Virus record (IMG/VR): IMGVR_UViG_3300020463_001633
Location: 1-31,753 of that record
Direction: 5' to 3' (one strand)
DNA from: a virus
Lineage: Duplodnaviria; Caudoviricetes
Length of the DNA: 31,753 nt
Shown here: positions 8,589 to 18,239 of the stretch, in pieces
How positions within the stretch are numbered: the stretch's first letter is position 1
Layout of the letters: the number at the start of each line of letters is the position of its first letter
Notes under the pieces: generated by a model
What the model was told of the DNA's origin: nothing
Seen by the model: the letters and a program-made list of their open reading frames with translations, nothing else
Database searches by the model: none
Made by a program: the position numbers and the translations under genes

Positions 8589-8936
8589 ATGAAAATACAG
8601 GAAATAGTTACAGAATCAGTAGTCCAAGTTTGGTCACGAAATAAAGGTGGGCAAATGGTAAGAAAGTACAGATGTTTATCTGGTGCTAGAAAAGGACGTA
8701 TTGTTTCAAATCCTTCTGTGTGTACCCAACCTAAAAAAATGGGTTCAATGATGGGAATGAAAAGAGCAAAAGCACGTCGTGGTTCTACAATGAACATTAA
8801 ACGTTCATTTACAAAAAGAACAAACCCATCTAGTATTAGATTAAGAAGTTTAAACAAAGCAAGAACATCAGCAAGACTTGGCGGACGAAGAAGTGCAAGT
8901 TCAAGACCCGGTAGTAGAAAGGCAATAAGAAAATAA
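8589..8936 (+). CDS. highly basic protein, probable DNA-binding internal head protein
   Basis: K/R-rich, MKIQEIVTES N-terminus, TAAATA upstream. Confidence 0.65.
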   Translation: MKIQEIVTESVVQVWSRNKGGQMVRKYRCLSGARKGRIVSNPSVCTQPKKMGSMMGMKRAKARRGSTMNIKRSFTKRTNPSSIRLRSLNKARTSARLGGRRSASSRPGSRKAIRK

Positions 8937-9313
8937 TGAGATTCAAAGAAATAATTGAAACACCTTATCTAGACAAAGTCATTAAGCAGGTCGGTCAAAC
9001 GATTAAAACTGGTGCTCCTATGCCGGCTAACAAACTTCCAAAAGGTCCAGTCAAATCATCCCAAGCAGTTGCGCCTATGAAACAGGCTAACAAACAAGTT
9101 GATAGACAGATGTACAAAACAGGAACGACAGTTTCTATGCCAACAGGACCTAACCAAGAAGTTGATTATAAAGTAGATCAAGTAAAAGGTGATGAAGTAA
9201 CTTTGAGCACAAATAAAGTTTCCAATAAATCACCACAAAAAATCACAGTCACTAAAAAAGATTTAAACCCTGTGATTTCAAATACGCAACGTAGACAAAA
9301 AGCAACAACATAA
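8936..9313 (+). CDS. hypothetical, probable internal head protein
   Basis: TAATG coupling and MRFKEIIET start. Confidence 0.7.
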   Translation: MRFKEIIETPYLDKVIKQVGQTIKTGAPMPANKLPKGPVKSSQAVAPMKQANKQVDRQMYKTGTTVSMPTGPNQEVDYKVDQVKGDEVTLSTNKVSNKSPQKITVTKKDLNPVISNTQRRQKATT

Positions 9314-9528
9314 TGAAGATAAACGAACTCATACAAGATTTCACTATCCAAGCCTCTAATGAAGAGAAGGCTATACTGTCCAAACTACAAGAAGTAAAAA
9401 GATTGGACCACTTTGTAGAAAGAGATCAAGAAGTTATACAAAACTTAATAAGAAAGAGTTTGGTACGTAAGATACCCAAAGAGGACTACACGTTAGTTGT
9501 TGCAAATGGACACATCAAGACTAGGTAA
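9313..9528 (+). CDS. hypothetical small protein
   Basis: TAATG coupling and MKINEL start. Confidence 0.7.
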   Translation: MKINELIQDFTIQASNEEKAILSKLQEVKRLDHFVERDQEVIQNLIRKSLVRKIPKEDYTLVVANGHIKTR

Positions 9529-9931
9529 AACATTAAAAAAGTTTATAGATGAGCAGGCTGAAAAGTACTGCCTGCCAATTCAACACGGCAACAGTGTAAG
9601 AATTAAGAACTTTGTGGTACGTAAAAACAGTTATGGTTTCTTATTATATGACCTTAATTCCCACAAACAAGTCAAAACAACATTCACCAAAACTGCCGCA
9701 TTAGCCATGGCGAATCAGTTAATAATGGACAATAATGATACAATCAAGTCTATTTTACAGGTGGACGATGCTATACAGAGTAAGTACAATGAATGCATAT
9801 TCTACAAGAATACTATTGCTAGGACCGAAGATGACATTAAACGAGAGGTTGCTAGAACTAGATATGACATTGTTTGGGAGGATTTGCTGAAGTTAAGAGA
9901 TACCCTAGAGGACTACATCTTTGATAAATAA
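9506..9931 (+). CDS. hypothetical protein
   Basis: ORF. ATG 9506 preferred over TTG 9497. Confidence 0.65.
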   Translation: MDTSRLGKTLKKFIDEQAEKYCLPIQHGNSVRIKNFVVRKNSYGFLLYDLNSHKQVKTTFTKTAALAMANQLIMDNNDTIKSILQVDDAIQSKYNECIFYKNTIARTEDDIKREVARTRYDIVWEDLLKLRDTLEDYIFDK

Positions 9932-9951
9932 ATTAGCGAAGGAACAAAAGC

Positions 9952-11157
9952 ATGAAAATAGAGCAATTTAGACAGGATTTAACAACAGAACAGTTGAACG
10001 ATACACTGGGCAAAGTGTTCGGTACAGCAATTGATTTAAGTAAATTCAGCACAGAACAATTAGAAACTGCTCAAACCCAAGTATTAGACAAAATTGCTAC
10101 AATAGAACAAACAGAAGCATTTGATTCAATCACACACAACGAAGACTATCACAAACAAAAAATGTTCCTAGATGTAATTACATCAGCACTAAAAGATAGA
10201 GCCAATGAAGGTAAACTACAAAATACAATATTAGTTCATGCAGATGAAATAGTTGGCGATTATTTTGACGCTGACGAAGAAACATTAAAAATGAATAAAG
10301 ATGCCGTTATAGCAGACATGAAGAAAAGACAAGGCGATGCAAAAGGTGACGAAGCAGATGCTTTACATTATGCAATCCAAAAAGTAGAACATGACTTTGA
10401 TGATGACGGTTCAATGAAAATAAATCCATACGAAAGCAATGCATTTGCTCAAGCAGTACAAAAAGCAAAAGCGGCTGGTATGAAAAAAGGTGATAAGTTT
10501 AAAGTTGGTGACAAAGAATTTACATTAGAGGATATGGAAAAATTGGTAGACACTATGAAAAACAAAAGCGTACAAGAAAAATCAAAACCAGATTACATAG
10601 ATTTAGACAAAGACGGAAACAAATCAGAGCCAATGAAAAAAGCGGCTAAAGACAAAGAAGAAAAGAAAAAAGTTAAAGAAGGCGCTGAAGAAGGAGCATC
10701 ACTTGTAATGGCGGCTAAAGACATGGTTGACAAAGTTACAGGTTGGATGGAAGACACAGCGTCAATGCAAACAGAAACAATACTAGAATTAGGCGATGCA
10801 ATAAGAGATGAAGAAGGCTCAGAAAAATCAGACACATTCATTAACGCGGTAAAACCAGCACTAGAATCTTTATACACTTCACTAGAAGCAACAAGAGAAG
10901 CACTCACAGGCGGCGTAGCCGTACTGACAGGCGAAGGTGCACCTACAGACACAATGGGTGCAGATGCTGAAGAACCTGCGATGGAACCAACTGATGATGC
11001 AGATATAGATATGCCAGATCAGTCAGATGACTTTGCGGCAAGTGAACCTGCAACAGGCGGTGAGGAACCAGCAGATAGAGAAAAGCGAGAAAGTTTTATT
11101 AGACTGTCAAGAAGACTTGCTGAAACACTATCTACACGATCAAAAAAAAAGGCTTAA
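9952..11157 (+). CDS. acidic coiled-coil protein, probable prohead core/scaffold
   Basis: TAAATA and AAGGA SD. Very acidic, with many [ILV]xE sites and a PDYIDLDKDG motif. Confidence 0.55.
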   Translation: MKIEQFRQDLTTEQLNDTLGKVFGTAIDLSKFSTEQLETAQTQVLDKIATIEQTEAFDSITHNEDYHKQKMFLDVITSALKDRANEGKLQNTILVHADEIVGDYFDADEETLKMNKDAVIADMKKRQGDAKGDEADALHYAIQKVEHDFDDDGSMKINPYESNAFAQAVQKAKAAGMKKGDKFKVGDKEFTLEDMEKLVDTMKNKSVQEKSKPDYIDLDKDGNKSEPMKKAAKDKEEKKKVKEGAEEGASLVMAAKDMVDKVTGWMEDTASMQTETILELGDAIRDEEGSEKSDTFINAVKPALESLYTSLEATREALTGGVAVLTGEGAPTDTMGADAEEPAMEPTDDADIDMPDQSDDFAASEPATGGEEPADREKRESFIRLSRRLAETLSTRSKKKA

Positions 11158-11477
11158 CTGAGGCCTCCGACACAGATTTAATTCAAGTTCTACGTAATTT
11201 ACTCAGCAGTGCTGATGGACAAAGTCAAAAAGCATATTTGAGTTTTGACGCTTTAAATAAAATTTTGTCTAATGTCGGAGGTATCTCATACAGTTACGAC
11301 TCTTTCAAAAATTCCTACGATGCAAATCCAGTAGTCAAAAAAATGATCAAGACATTTGATCAATCAGGTATCACACTAGACACAGATGCAGAAGAACCAA
11401 ACATTCCTACCAAGAAAGGTGCTAAAGGATCAAGCATCGACACCATGGCAAAACGTGCCGCCAAAAAACGTATATAA
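11145..11477 (+). CDS. -1 frame ORF without a good start, likely frameshift extension of 9952 gene
   Basis: A AAA AAG at 11145-11151. The -1 frame is open to 11477 (KGLTEASDTDLIQVLRNLL...). Confidence 0.55.
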   Translation, partial: KKGLTEASDTDLIQVLRNLLSSADGQSQKAYLSFDALNKILSNVGGISYSYDSFKNSYDANPVVKKMIKTFDQSGITLDTDAEEPNIPTKKGAKGSSIDTMAKRAAKKRI

Positions 11478-11480
11478 TAC

Positions 11481-11509
11481 TTGACTAATCCACTAAAGTA
11501 TTGTAATAT
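11481..11509 (+). promoter_or_regulatory. sigma70-type promoter (leaderless)
   Basis: TTGACT-N17-TAATAT, ATG at 11515. Confidence 0.7.
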
Positions 11510-11514
11510 AAATT

Positions 11515-11868
11515 ATGACTAGAACGAAAGATCAAATACTTCACGACATACAATCCGTTATGGAAAAATATATCAACACTACTGTGGCACAACATGGTGG
11601 CTTGGTTGAGATTAAAGAATTTGATATGGAGACAGGCAAACTGACCATGATGATGAAAGGTGCTTGTTCAGGTTGTGCAGGCAGTACAGCCACTCTCAAA
11701 AAAGGAATTGAATCTACAATGAAGCATTATATTCCAGAAGTGAATAGTGTTGAAGGTGAAGATGATCCCAACAGTGATGTGAAACCTTATTACGAATATA
11801 ATCCTTGGGACGGACCTGACTATGCTACAATGTTAGATGCTTTGAATACAGAATCAGAAAAAGATTAA
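11515..11868 (+). CDS. NifU-C/NfuA-domain Fe-S carrier protein
   Basis: HGG.VE...MKGACSGC..S..TLKKGIE. Confidence 0.85.
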   Translation: MTRTKDQILHDIQSVMEKYINTTVAQHGGLVEIKEFDMETGKLTMMMKGACSGCAGSTATLKKGIESTMKHYIPEVNSVEGEDDPNSDVKPYYEYNPWDGPDYATMLDALNTESEKD

Positions 11869-12551
11869 TGTCATTAATAGTAGAACGTCACCAATACAAA
11901 AAATTATCACGAACATCATTAGACGGAAAACGTGTTTATAAATGTCCTGACGGAGAAGCAGTTGCAAGTGTAACCACAATATTAGATTCAACTAAAGACA
12001 AAACACATCTATTTGAATGGCGTAAAAGAGTAGGTGAAGAAAATGCAAAACGTATCACAAAAGAGGCAAGTGGTATGGGAACAAGAATGCACAAATATAT
12101 TGAAAATTATATCAATAACGCCAAGTGGGACTCTCCAGGCAGTAATCCATATTCGCAACAAGCATTTAAAATGGCGCAAACTGTTTACGATAATGCTCTT
12201 AAAGATGTTAATGAGATATGGGGCAGTGAAGTGAGCCTATACTTTCCTAAAATATTTGCAGGTACCACTGACTGTGTAGGAGAATACAAAGGAACACCTT
12301 GTATTATTGACTTTAAGCAAACCAATAAGCCTAAAAAGAAAGAATGGATTGAAGATTACTTCTTACAATTGGTTGCCTACGCAGAAGCACACAATGAAGT
12401 CTATGGCACAAAGATAAATGAAGGTCACGTATTCATGTGTGCAAGAGACCTAACGTACCAACAGTTTGATATAACACCATTAAATTATGCAAAATATAAA
12501 GACCTATGGTGGCAAAGAGTAGAAGAGTACTACATTAAGTACGCACATTAA
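11868..12551 (+). CDS. PD-(D/E)XK exonuclease (RecB/Cas4-like phage type)
   Basis: SVTTIL, GTRMH, E..L, AGTTD, IIDFKQT and YFLQLVAYA motifs. Confidence 0.85.
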   Translation: MSLIVERHQYKKLSRTSLDGKRVYKCPDGEAVASVTTILDSTKDKTHLFEWRKRVGEENAKRITKEASGMGTRMHKYIENYINNAKWDSPGSNPYSQQAFKMAQTVYDNALKDVNEIWGSEVSLYFPKIFAGTTDCVGEYKGTPCIIDFKQTNKPKKKEWIEDYFLQLVAYAEAHNEVYGTKINEGHVFMCARDLTYQQFDITPLNYAKYKDLWWQRVEEYYIKYAH

Positions 12552-12605
12552 ATATCAATTCTAAAATAACAATACACTCGATAAATACTCATATAGGAGA
12601 AAAAA

Positions 12606-14240
12606 GTGGCAATAGTTTCAATATCAAGAATACAGATTCGTAGAGGTAGAAAGAGCCAAGGTTCTGGATTACCACAACTAGCAGGCGGTGAATTAGGTTG
12701 GGCAGTTGACACGCAAGAGTTATTCATAGGTAATGGTGCAGTATCAGAAGGAGCACCAGCAGTAGGAAATTCCAAAGTTTTAACAGAGCATGACAACCTT
12801 TTTACTTTAAGTGATCAATACACTTATAGGAATGGTTCCAATGTTCAAACAGGTGCATCATCATCAACACCAATACAAAGAAGTTTACAATCAAGATTAG
12901 ATGATATAGTGAGTGCAAGATCATTTGGTGCAAAAGGTGATGGCACAGATCAAACAGTCGCAATTCAAAGAGCGATTGATCAATTATTTTTACCATATGC
13001 AAACAGTATGGACGCAAACAATTTACAGAAAAGAGTTACATTGAAAATTCATGCAGGTTTATATCTATTATCAGACAAAATCAAATTACCACCTAACGTA
13101 AATTTAATAGGAGATGGTGCGGATAAAACTGTGTTTAGACAAACAGCAAACTATCCTGTGTTTGAAACTGTTAATGGCGAGGGCATTGCGGCACAAACAA
13201 CAAGTTTAAATCAAGCCAACTTATTAAACATTGAAGGCATAACTTTAGAAAGTTATCAAAACAATGTAGGTTTAAAATTAGCAACTTGTAAAAACAGTCA
13301 GTTCACTGATGTAAAAATTAAAGGACCTTGGACGCAAGGTACGGCAGTGAACAGCACACAGATTGGAATATTAATGGAAGCCACTTCTACTCCAGTCACA
13401 ACAAAAGACAACAGTTTTGAAAAAATTAGCATAGAAGGTTTTTCTTATGCTATACTTTCTAACCATGATGTATTACACAATGTATTCAACAACACAACAA
13501 TAGATACCTGTGGCTTTGGTGTTCACTTTGGAAGAGATACGGTGCTTGGTCAAGTAGCACAGGCAACAGGACCAATCAATAACACAATTACAAACAGCAG
13601 ATTCATTAACATAAATCAAAATGGTATCTATGTAAAAGTAGGTAAAGGTAATGTAAGTGAGAAAAATAATTTTGTACTTGTAGGAAATGATGCAGGTCCA
13701 GATATAAGTCCAGTTCATGCTGTTATTAGATTCGATGTAAATGGAAATACATCAGCACAGGATTACTTTGCTCGTACAGAAGCATTGATGACTAATAGTG
13801 CAACACTTGGAACTAATCCAACGAGTACACCATATATTCCTGAAGTACAAGGTTTATTTTCCGGTGAATTGACTTTTGCAGATAAGACTACAATAGGTAA
13901 AGTTACAGTGGCAGATAGAGTTGCAAAACTTCCAGCAGACACTTCTAAACATTACAAAGTAGAATACACATACAACAGTTCTGTAGTAAACGCATTCAGA
14001 TCAGGCACATTAGACATAGCAGTAGACAAAAACGCAGACACAGTGACATTAAATGATGAGTATGACTTTTTAGGCGATCCAAATTACAACACAAACACAA
14101 CTAGATTAAATTTTGCAGTAAGTTTATCAGACGAAGACGGAGATGCAAATAAAGAAACTGTAATCATTGAGGCAACTAATCCATCACCAAATGCAAACGA
14201 CACAGCAACAATCACGTTCAAAGTTAGAAGTATCGCATAA
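12606..14240 (+). CDS. virion protein with pectate-lyase-like beta-helix (tail spike/fibre-like)
   Basis: GTG start after AGGAG. N-terminal IQIRRG..LAGGELGWAVDT..LFIG, VSARSFGAKGDG..AIQRAID, and Asn-rich beta-helix repeats. Confidence 0.7.
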   Translation: MAIVSISRIQIRRGRKSQGSGLPQLAGGELGWAVDTQELFIGNGAVSEGAPAVGNSKVLTEHDNLFTLSDQYTYRNGSNVQTGASSSTPIQRSLQSRLDDIVSARSFGAKGDGTDQTVAIQRAIDQLFLPYANSMDANNLQKRVTLKIHAGLYLLSDKIKLPPNVNLIGDGADKTVFRQTANYPVFETVNGEGIAAQTTSLNQANLLNIEGITLESYQNNVGLKLATCKNSQFTDVKIKGPWTQGTAVNSTQIGILMEATSTPVTTKDNSFEKISIEGFSYAILSNHDVLHNVFNNTTIDTCGFGVHFGRDTVLGQVAQATGPINNTITNSRFININQNGIYVKVGKGNVSEKNNFVLVGNDAGPDISPVHAVIRFDVNGNTSAQDYFARTEALMTNSATLGTNPTSTPYIPEVQGLFSGELTFADKTTIGKVTVADRVAKLPADTSKHYKVEYTYNSSVVNAFRSGTLDIAVDKNADTVTLNDEYDFLGDPNYNTNTTRLNFAVSLSDEDGDANKETVIIEATNPSPNANDTATITFKVRSIA

Positions 14241-14679
14241 ACCAAATATCTTTTTTGGAAACTACGAAGAACGATTAATAGACTGGAATAAAATAAGAAA
14301 CTATGTAACAGTTTCTGAAGATCCTTTAGAATTACTTTCAAAAATATTTTTTTACTGTCCAAGAACCAATACAAAGACAGATTCGTATGACAAAAGCACA
14401 TGGTTGGACGGCTGGCAACTATTGGAAAGAAATAATTATAATCAATTTGACATTTGTCTGTTATTAACTTATACTTTAATGTTATCAGATAGTATTAACC
14501 AAAAAATAATATTGATACATAATTGCTTTAATGCAGAAGAAAAGTCAAACAACCGTAAGTTTAACTACATTGTTGAATTTAATAACCAATTTTTAGACAC
14601 GCACAATATGGCTATAATGAATAAAACAATGTTTGACAAAACTTACATTCTACATTATACTCATGATATAAGAAAATAA
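14191..14679 (+). CDS. hypothetical protein (start uncertain)
   Basis: ORF fills the gap before nrdA. Confidence 0.55.
   Translation: MQTTQQQSRSKLEVSHKPNIFFGNYEERLIDWNKIRNYVTVSEDPLELLSKIFFYCPRTNTKTDSYDKSTWLDGWQLLERNNYNQFDICLLLTYTLMLSDSINQKIILIHNCFNAEEKSNNRKFNYIVEFNNQFLDTHNMAIMNKTMFDKTYILHYTHDIRK
14633..14661 (+). promoter_or_regulatory. sigma70-type promoter for nrdAB
   Basis: TTGACA-N17-TATACT. Confidence 0.7.
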
Positions 14680-14718
14680 GATAAATATTGATTTAATATA
14701 ATAGGAAATAGAATACTA

Positions 14719-17124
14719 ATGGAAGTCGCTGAACAAACAATCACAACAAATACATCAAATATTAAAGTCCTAAAAAGAGACGGTCGTCTAGAACCGTTAG
14801 ACATTGACAAAATTCACTTCGTTGTAGAAGAAGCCTGCGAAGGTTTATCAGGTGTATCAGCATCACAAATAGAAATTAATGCAAACATTCAATTTTATGA
14901 TGGCATTACAACTAAAGACATTCAACACGTTCTTGTTAAGTCAGCAAACGATTTAATTAGTTTAGAATATCCCAACTATCAATATGCCGCCGCCAGACTT
15001 CTTTCTTATGATGTAAGAAAAGAAGCACATGGTCAATACGAATACATTCCTTTATTAAAAGTAATTCTTAGAAATATCAAATTAGGCGTTTACGATAGAA
15101 CAATAGTTGAAAAATATCACAAATCAGAAATTAAAAAATTAAACACTTGGATCAAAAGAGATAGAGATTTAGAATTTACATACGCAGGTTTAAGACAAGT
15201 GGTAGACAAATACCTTGTGCAAGATAGAAGTACAGGAGCAATTTATGAAACGCCACAAGATATGTACATGATGATTGCGGCAACATTATTCGCTGATTAT
15301 CCTAGAAAAAACAGAATGAGTTATGTAAAAAAATATTACGATGCAATATCACAATTTAAAATTAATATTCCAACTCCAGTTATGTCCGGAGTAAGAACTC
15401 CTATAAGACAATTTGCTTCTTGTGTGTTAGTAGACAGTGATGATACATTGTCTAGTATTTTTTCAAGCGACATGGCAATTGGTTTATACGTTGCCAGAAG
15501 AGCAGGCATAGGAATCAATGCAGGACGTATTAGAGGTATTAATTCTAAAATTAGAGGTGGGGAGGTTCAACACACTGGAGTCATTCCGTTCCTAAAAAAA
15601 TTCGAAAGCACTGTGAGATGTTGTACACAGAATGGTGTGCGTGGCGGAAATGCAACCGTACACTTTCCAATATGGCACCAAGAGATTGAAGACATACTTG
15701 TACTAAAAAATAATAAAGGTACAGAAGACAACAGAGTAAGACGTATGGACTATTCAATACAGATTAGTAAAATGTTCTATGAAAGATTTATTAATGAAGA
15801 AGATATCACTTTGTTTTCACCACACGAAGTTCCAGGATTATATGATGCGTTTGGTACAGATAAATTTGATGCATTGTATAAAAAATATGAAAAAGATAAA
15901 TCAGTTCCTAAAAAAACTATTGCGGCACAAGAACTGTTTGCAGACTTATTAAAAGAGAGAGCAGAGACTGGTAGAATCTATATAATGAATATAGACCATT
16001 CAAACGCACACTCAAGTTTCAAAGATAAAGTATCAATGAGTAATTTATGTCAAGAAATTACATTACCTACAACGCCTATCAAAGGCATAGATGATCCTGA
16101 AGGTGAGATAGCATTGTGTATTCTATCAGCAATAAATGTAGGCAGTCTTAAATCATTAGACGAATTAGAAAATTTATGTGACTTGGCTGTAAGAGCATTA
16201 GATGAAATTATAGAATTACAAGATTACCCAGTTAAGGCGGCAGAACTATCTACTAAATCCAGACGTTCTTTAGGCATTGGATACATAGGTTTAGCACACT
16301 ATCTCGCGAAGAATGGTGTTAAGTATTCAGATCCAAAGGCGTGGGAATTAGTAGACAGACTTTCAGAAGCATTCCAATATTACTTGTTAAGAGCAAGTTG
16401 TGATCTTGCAGATGAAAAAGGTAAATGTGATGGGTTTGAAGGCACAAAATACGCAGATGGTTTATTACCAATTGACCATTACAAGAAAGAAGTTGACGAA
16501 ATTGTACCACACAAACAAAGAATGGCATGGGAAAGTCTAAGAAAAGATATAGGCAAATATGGATTAAGACATTCAACATTATCGGCTCAGATGCCTTCAG
16601 AAAGTTCTTCCGTTGTTAGTAACGAAACGAACGGCATAGAACCACCAAGAGCATTACTATCAATTAAGAAATCTAAAAAAGGTCCTTTGAAACAAATAGT
16701 GCCAGGTTTCCCTACATTGAAAAATGCATACACTTTGTTATGGGATATGGGTTCAAATGAAGGATACATTAAAGTCGTTGCTATGATGCAAAAGTATTTT
16801 GACCAAGCAATATCAGGCAACTGGTCATACAATCCATTACAGTATGAAAACAATGAAGTACCATTATCTGTAATGGCGCAAGATATGTTAAGTGCGTACA
16901 AATATGGTTGGAAGACATCCTATTATCAAAACACTTATGATTTTAAAGGCGAAGAAGAAGATTTACAACCTTCGGGCATTGATGCAGAAAAATATGTAAA
17001 TGGCGAAGCACACGTAAATGGCGAAGCACACGTAAATGGTGAAGCACACGTAAATGGTGAAGCCAAAATAGAACAACAATTACAGGATTTAGAAGATGGC
17101 GAGTGTGAAGCCTGCACAATTTAG
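14719..17124 (+). CDS. nrdA: ribonucleoside-diphosphate reductase class Ia alpha subunit
   Basis: ATP cone (VLKRDG), QFASCVL, SNLCQEI, LCILSA, PSESSS, KTSYY and C-terminal CEAC. Confidence 0.97.
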   Translation: MEVAEQTITTNTSNIKVLKRDGRLEPLDIDKIHFVVEEACEGLSGVSASQIEINANIQFYDGITTKDIQHVLVKSANDLISLEYPNYQYAAARLLSYDVRKEAHGQYEYIPLLKVILRNIKLGVYDRTIVEKYHKSEIKKLNTWIKRDRDLEFTYAGLRQVVDKYLVQDRSTGAIYETPQDMYMMIAATLFADYPRKNRMSYVKKYYDAISQFKINIPTPVMSGVRTPIRQFASCVLVDSDDTLSSIFSSDMAIGLYVARRAGIGINAGRIRGINSKIRGGEVQHTGVIPFLKKFESTVRCCTQNGVRGGNATVHFPIWHQEIEDILVLKNNKGTEDNRVRRMDYSIQISKMFYERFINEEDITLFSPHEVPGLYDAFGTDKFDALYKKYEKDKSVPKKTIAAQELFADLLKERAETGRIYIMNIDHSNAHSSFKDKVSMSNLCQEITLPTTPIKGIDDPEGEIALCILSAINVGSLKSLDELENLCDLAVRALDEIIELQDYPVKAAELSTKSRRSLGIGYIGLAHYLAKNGVKYSDPKAWELVDRLSEAFQYYLLRASCDLADEKGKCDGFEGTKYADGLLPIDHYKKEVDEIVPHKQRMAWESLRKDIGKYGLRHSTLSAQMPSESSSVVSNETNGIEPPRALLSIKKSKKGPLKQIVPGFPTLKNAYTLLWDMGSNEGYIKVVAMMQKYFDQAISGNWSYNPLQYENNEVPLSVMAQDMLSAYKYGWKTSYYQNTYDFKGEEEDLQPSGIDAEKYVNGEAHVNGEAHVNGEAHVNGEAKIEQQLQDLEDGECEACTI
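16996..17064 (+). repeat. 18-bp in-frame tandem repeat x about 4 (VNGEAH)
   Basis: GTAAATGG(C/T)GAAGCACAC repeated. Confidence 0.95.
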
Positions 17125-17138
17125 ATAATTAATACGTT

Positions 17139-18239
17139 ATGGCAAAAACAGTTTTTAATAGAGAAGATATTGATTTTACAAAAGAACCTATGTTCTTTGG
17201 TGCAGATCAAAATGTGCAGAGATATGATGTATTCAAGTATCCGCAGTTTGATAAACTAAACCAAACAATGTTAGGATACTTTTGGAGACCTGAGGAAGTG
17301 TCTTTACAAAAAGATAGAGCAGACTTTCAAACATTCAGACCAGAACAAAAACACATATTCACATCTAATTTAAAGTATCAAACACTATTAGACAGTGTAC
17401 AAGGCAGAGGACCATGTTTAAGTTTCCTACCATATGTTTCTAATCCTGAATTAGAAGGATGTATTGTTACTTGGGACTTCTTTGAAACAATTCATTCTAG
17501 AGCATACACACACATAATGAAGAATGTCTACCCTGATCCTGCTGAAGTATTTGACACTATTCTTAACGATAATGAAATTTTAAAAAGAGCAGTATCAGTC
17601 ACACAAAACTATGACAAGTTCAGTGAAATGGCACTGGACTACACAGTCAAAGGAAAAGGCAATATAGATGAATTGAAAAAACAATTATATCTAGCAATGG
17701 TCAATGTTAACCTATTAGAAGGTTTAAGATTTTATGTATCATTTGCTTGTACATTTGCGTTTGGTGAATTAAAACTTATGGAAGGTTCTGCAAAACTACT
17801 TTCATTAATTGCTAGAGATGAAGCAACACACTTAAACCTATCCACACACGTTATCAAAGCATGGCAAAAAGGCGACGACAAAGGCATGAGTAAAGTTATA
17901 AAAGGTCTTGATAAAACTGTGATTGAAATGTTCAAGAAGTGTGTTGAAGAAGAAAAGGCTTGGGCAAAACACTTATTCAAAGATGGTTCTATTATAGGAC
18001 TTAACGAAAGATTACTAGGTACGTACGTAGAATGGATTGCAAACAAAAGATTAAGAGCATTAGGTTTCGATCCACTTTATGATGTAGGTGCAAATCAAAA
18101 TCCTCTTCCGTGGACACAGCACTGGTTATCATCAAAAGGTCTTCAAGTTGCTCCACAGGAAACAGAAGTGGAATCATACATTGTTGGTGGTATCAAACAA
18201 GACGTACAAAAAGGACAATTCAAAAAATTCTCACTATAA
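17139..18239 (+). CDS. nrdB: ribonucleoside-diphosphate reductase class Ia beta subunit
   Basis: FWRPEEV, LLDSVQGR, ETIHSRAY, LEGLRFYVSF, RDEATH and VAPQETEVESY. Confidence 0.97.
   Translation: MAKTVFNREDIDFTKEPMFFGADQNVQRYDVFKYPQFDKLNQTMLGYFWRPEEVSLQKDRADFQTFRPEQKHIFTSNLKYQTLLDSVQGRGPCLSFLPYVSNPELEGCIVTWDFFETIHSRAYTHIMKNVYPDPAEVFDTILNDNEILKRAVSVTQNYDKFSEMALDYTVKGKGNIDELKKQLYLAMVNVNLLEGLRFYVSFACTFAFGELKLMEGSAKLLSLIARDEATHLNLSTHVIKAWQKGDDKGMSKVIKGLDKTVIEMFKKCVEEEKAWAKHLFKDGSIIGLNERLLGTYVEWIANKRLRALGFDPLYDVGANQNPLPWTQHWLSSKGLQVAPQETEVESYIVGGIKQDVQKGQFKKFSL

Noticed and set aside
11868-12551. Cas4 as part of a CRISPR system
   Set aside because: The four-Cys Fe-S arrangement is not evident and there is no array. 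It fits a standalone phage exonuclease.
12606-14240. Diversity-generating retroelement target
   Set aside because: No reverse transcriptase or template/variable repeat pair seen in the window.
15592-15603. Slippery A-run in nrdA (CTA AAA AAA TTC)
   Set aside because: It lies in a conserved part of an essential enzyme and is explained by Lys-Lys coding.
14719-18239. Intron or intein in nrdA/nrdB
   Set aside because: Both ORFs are continuous and of normal length, with no homing endonuclease motifs.
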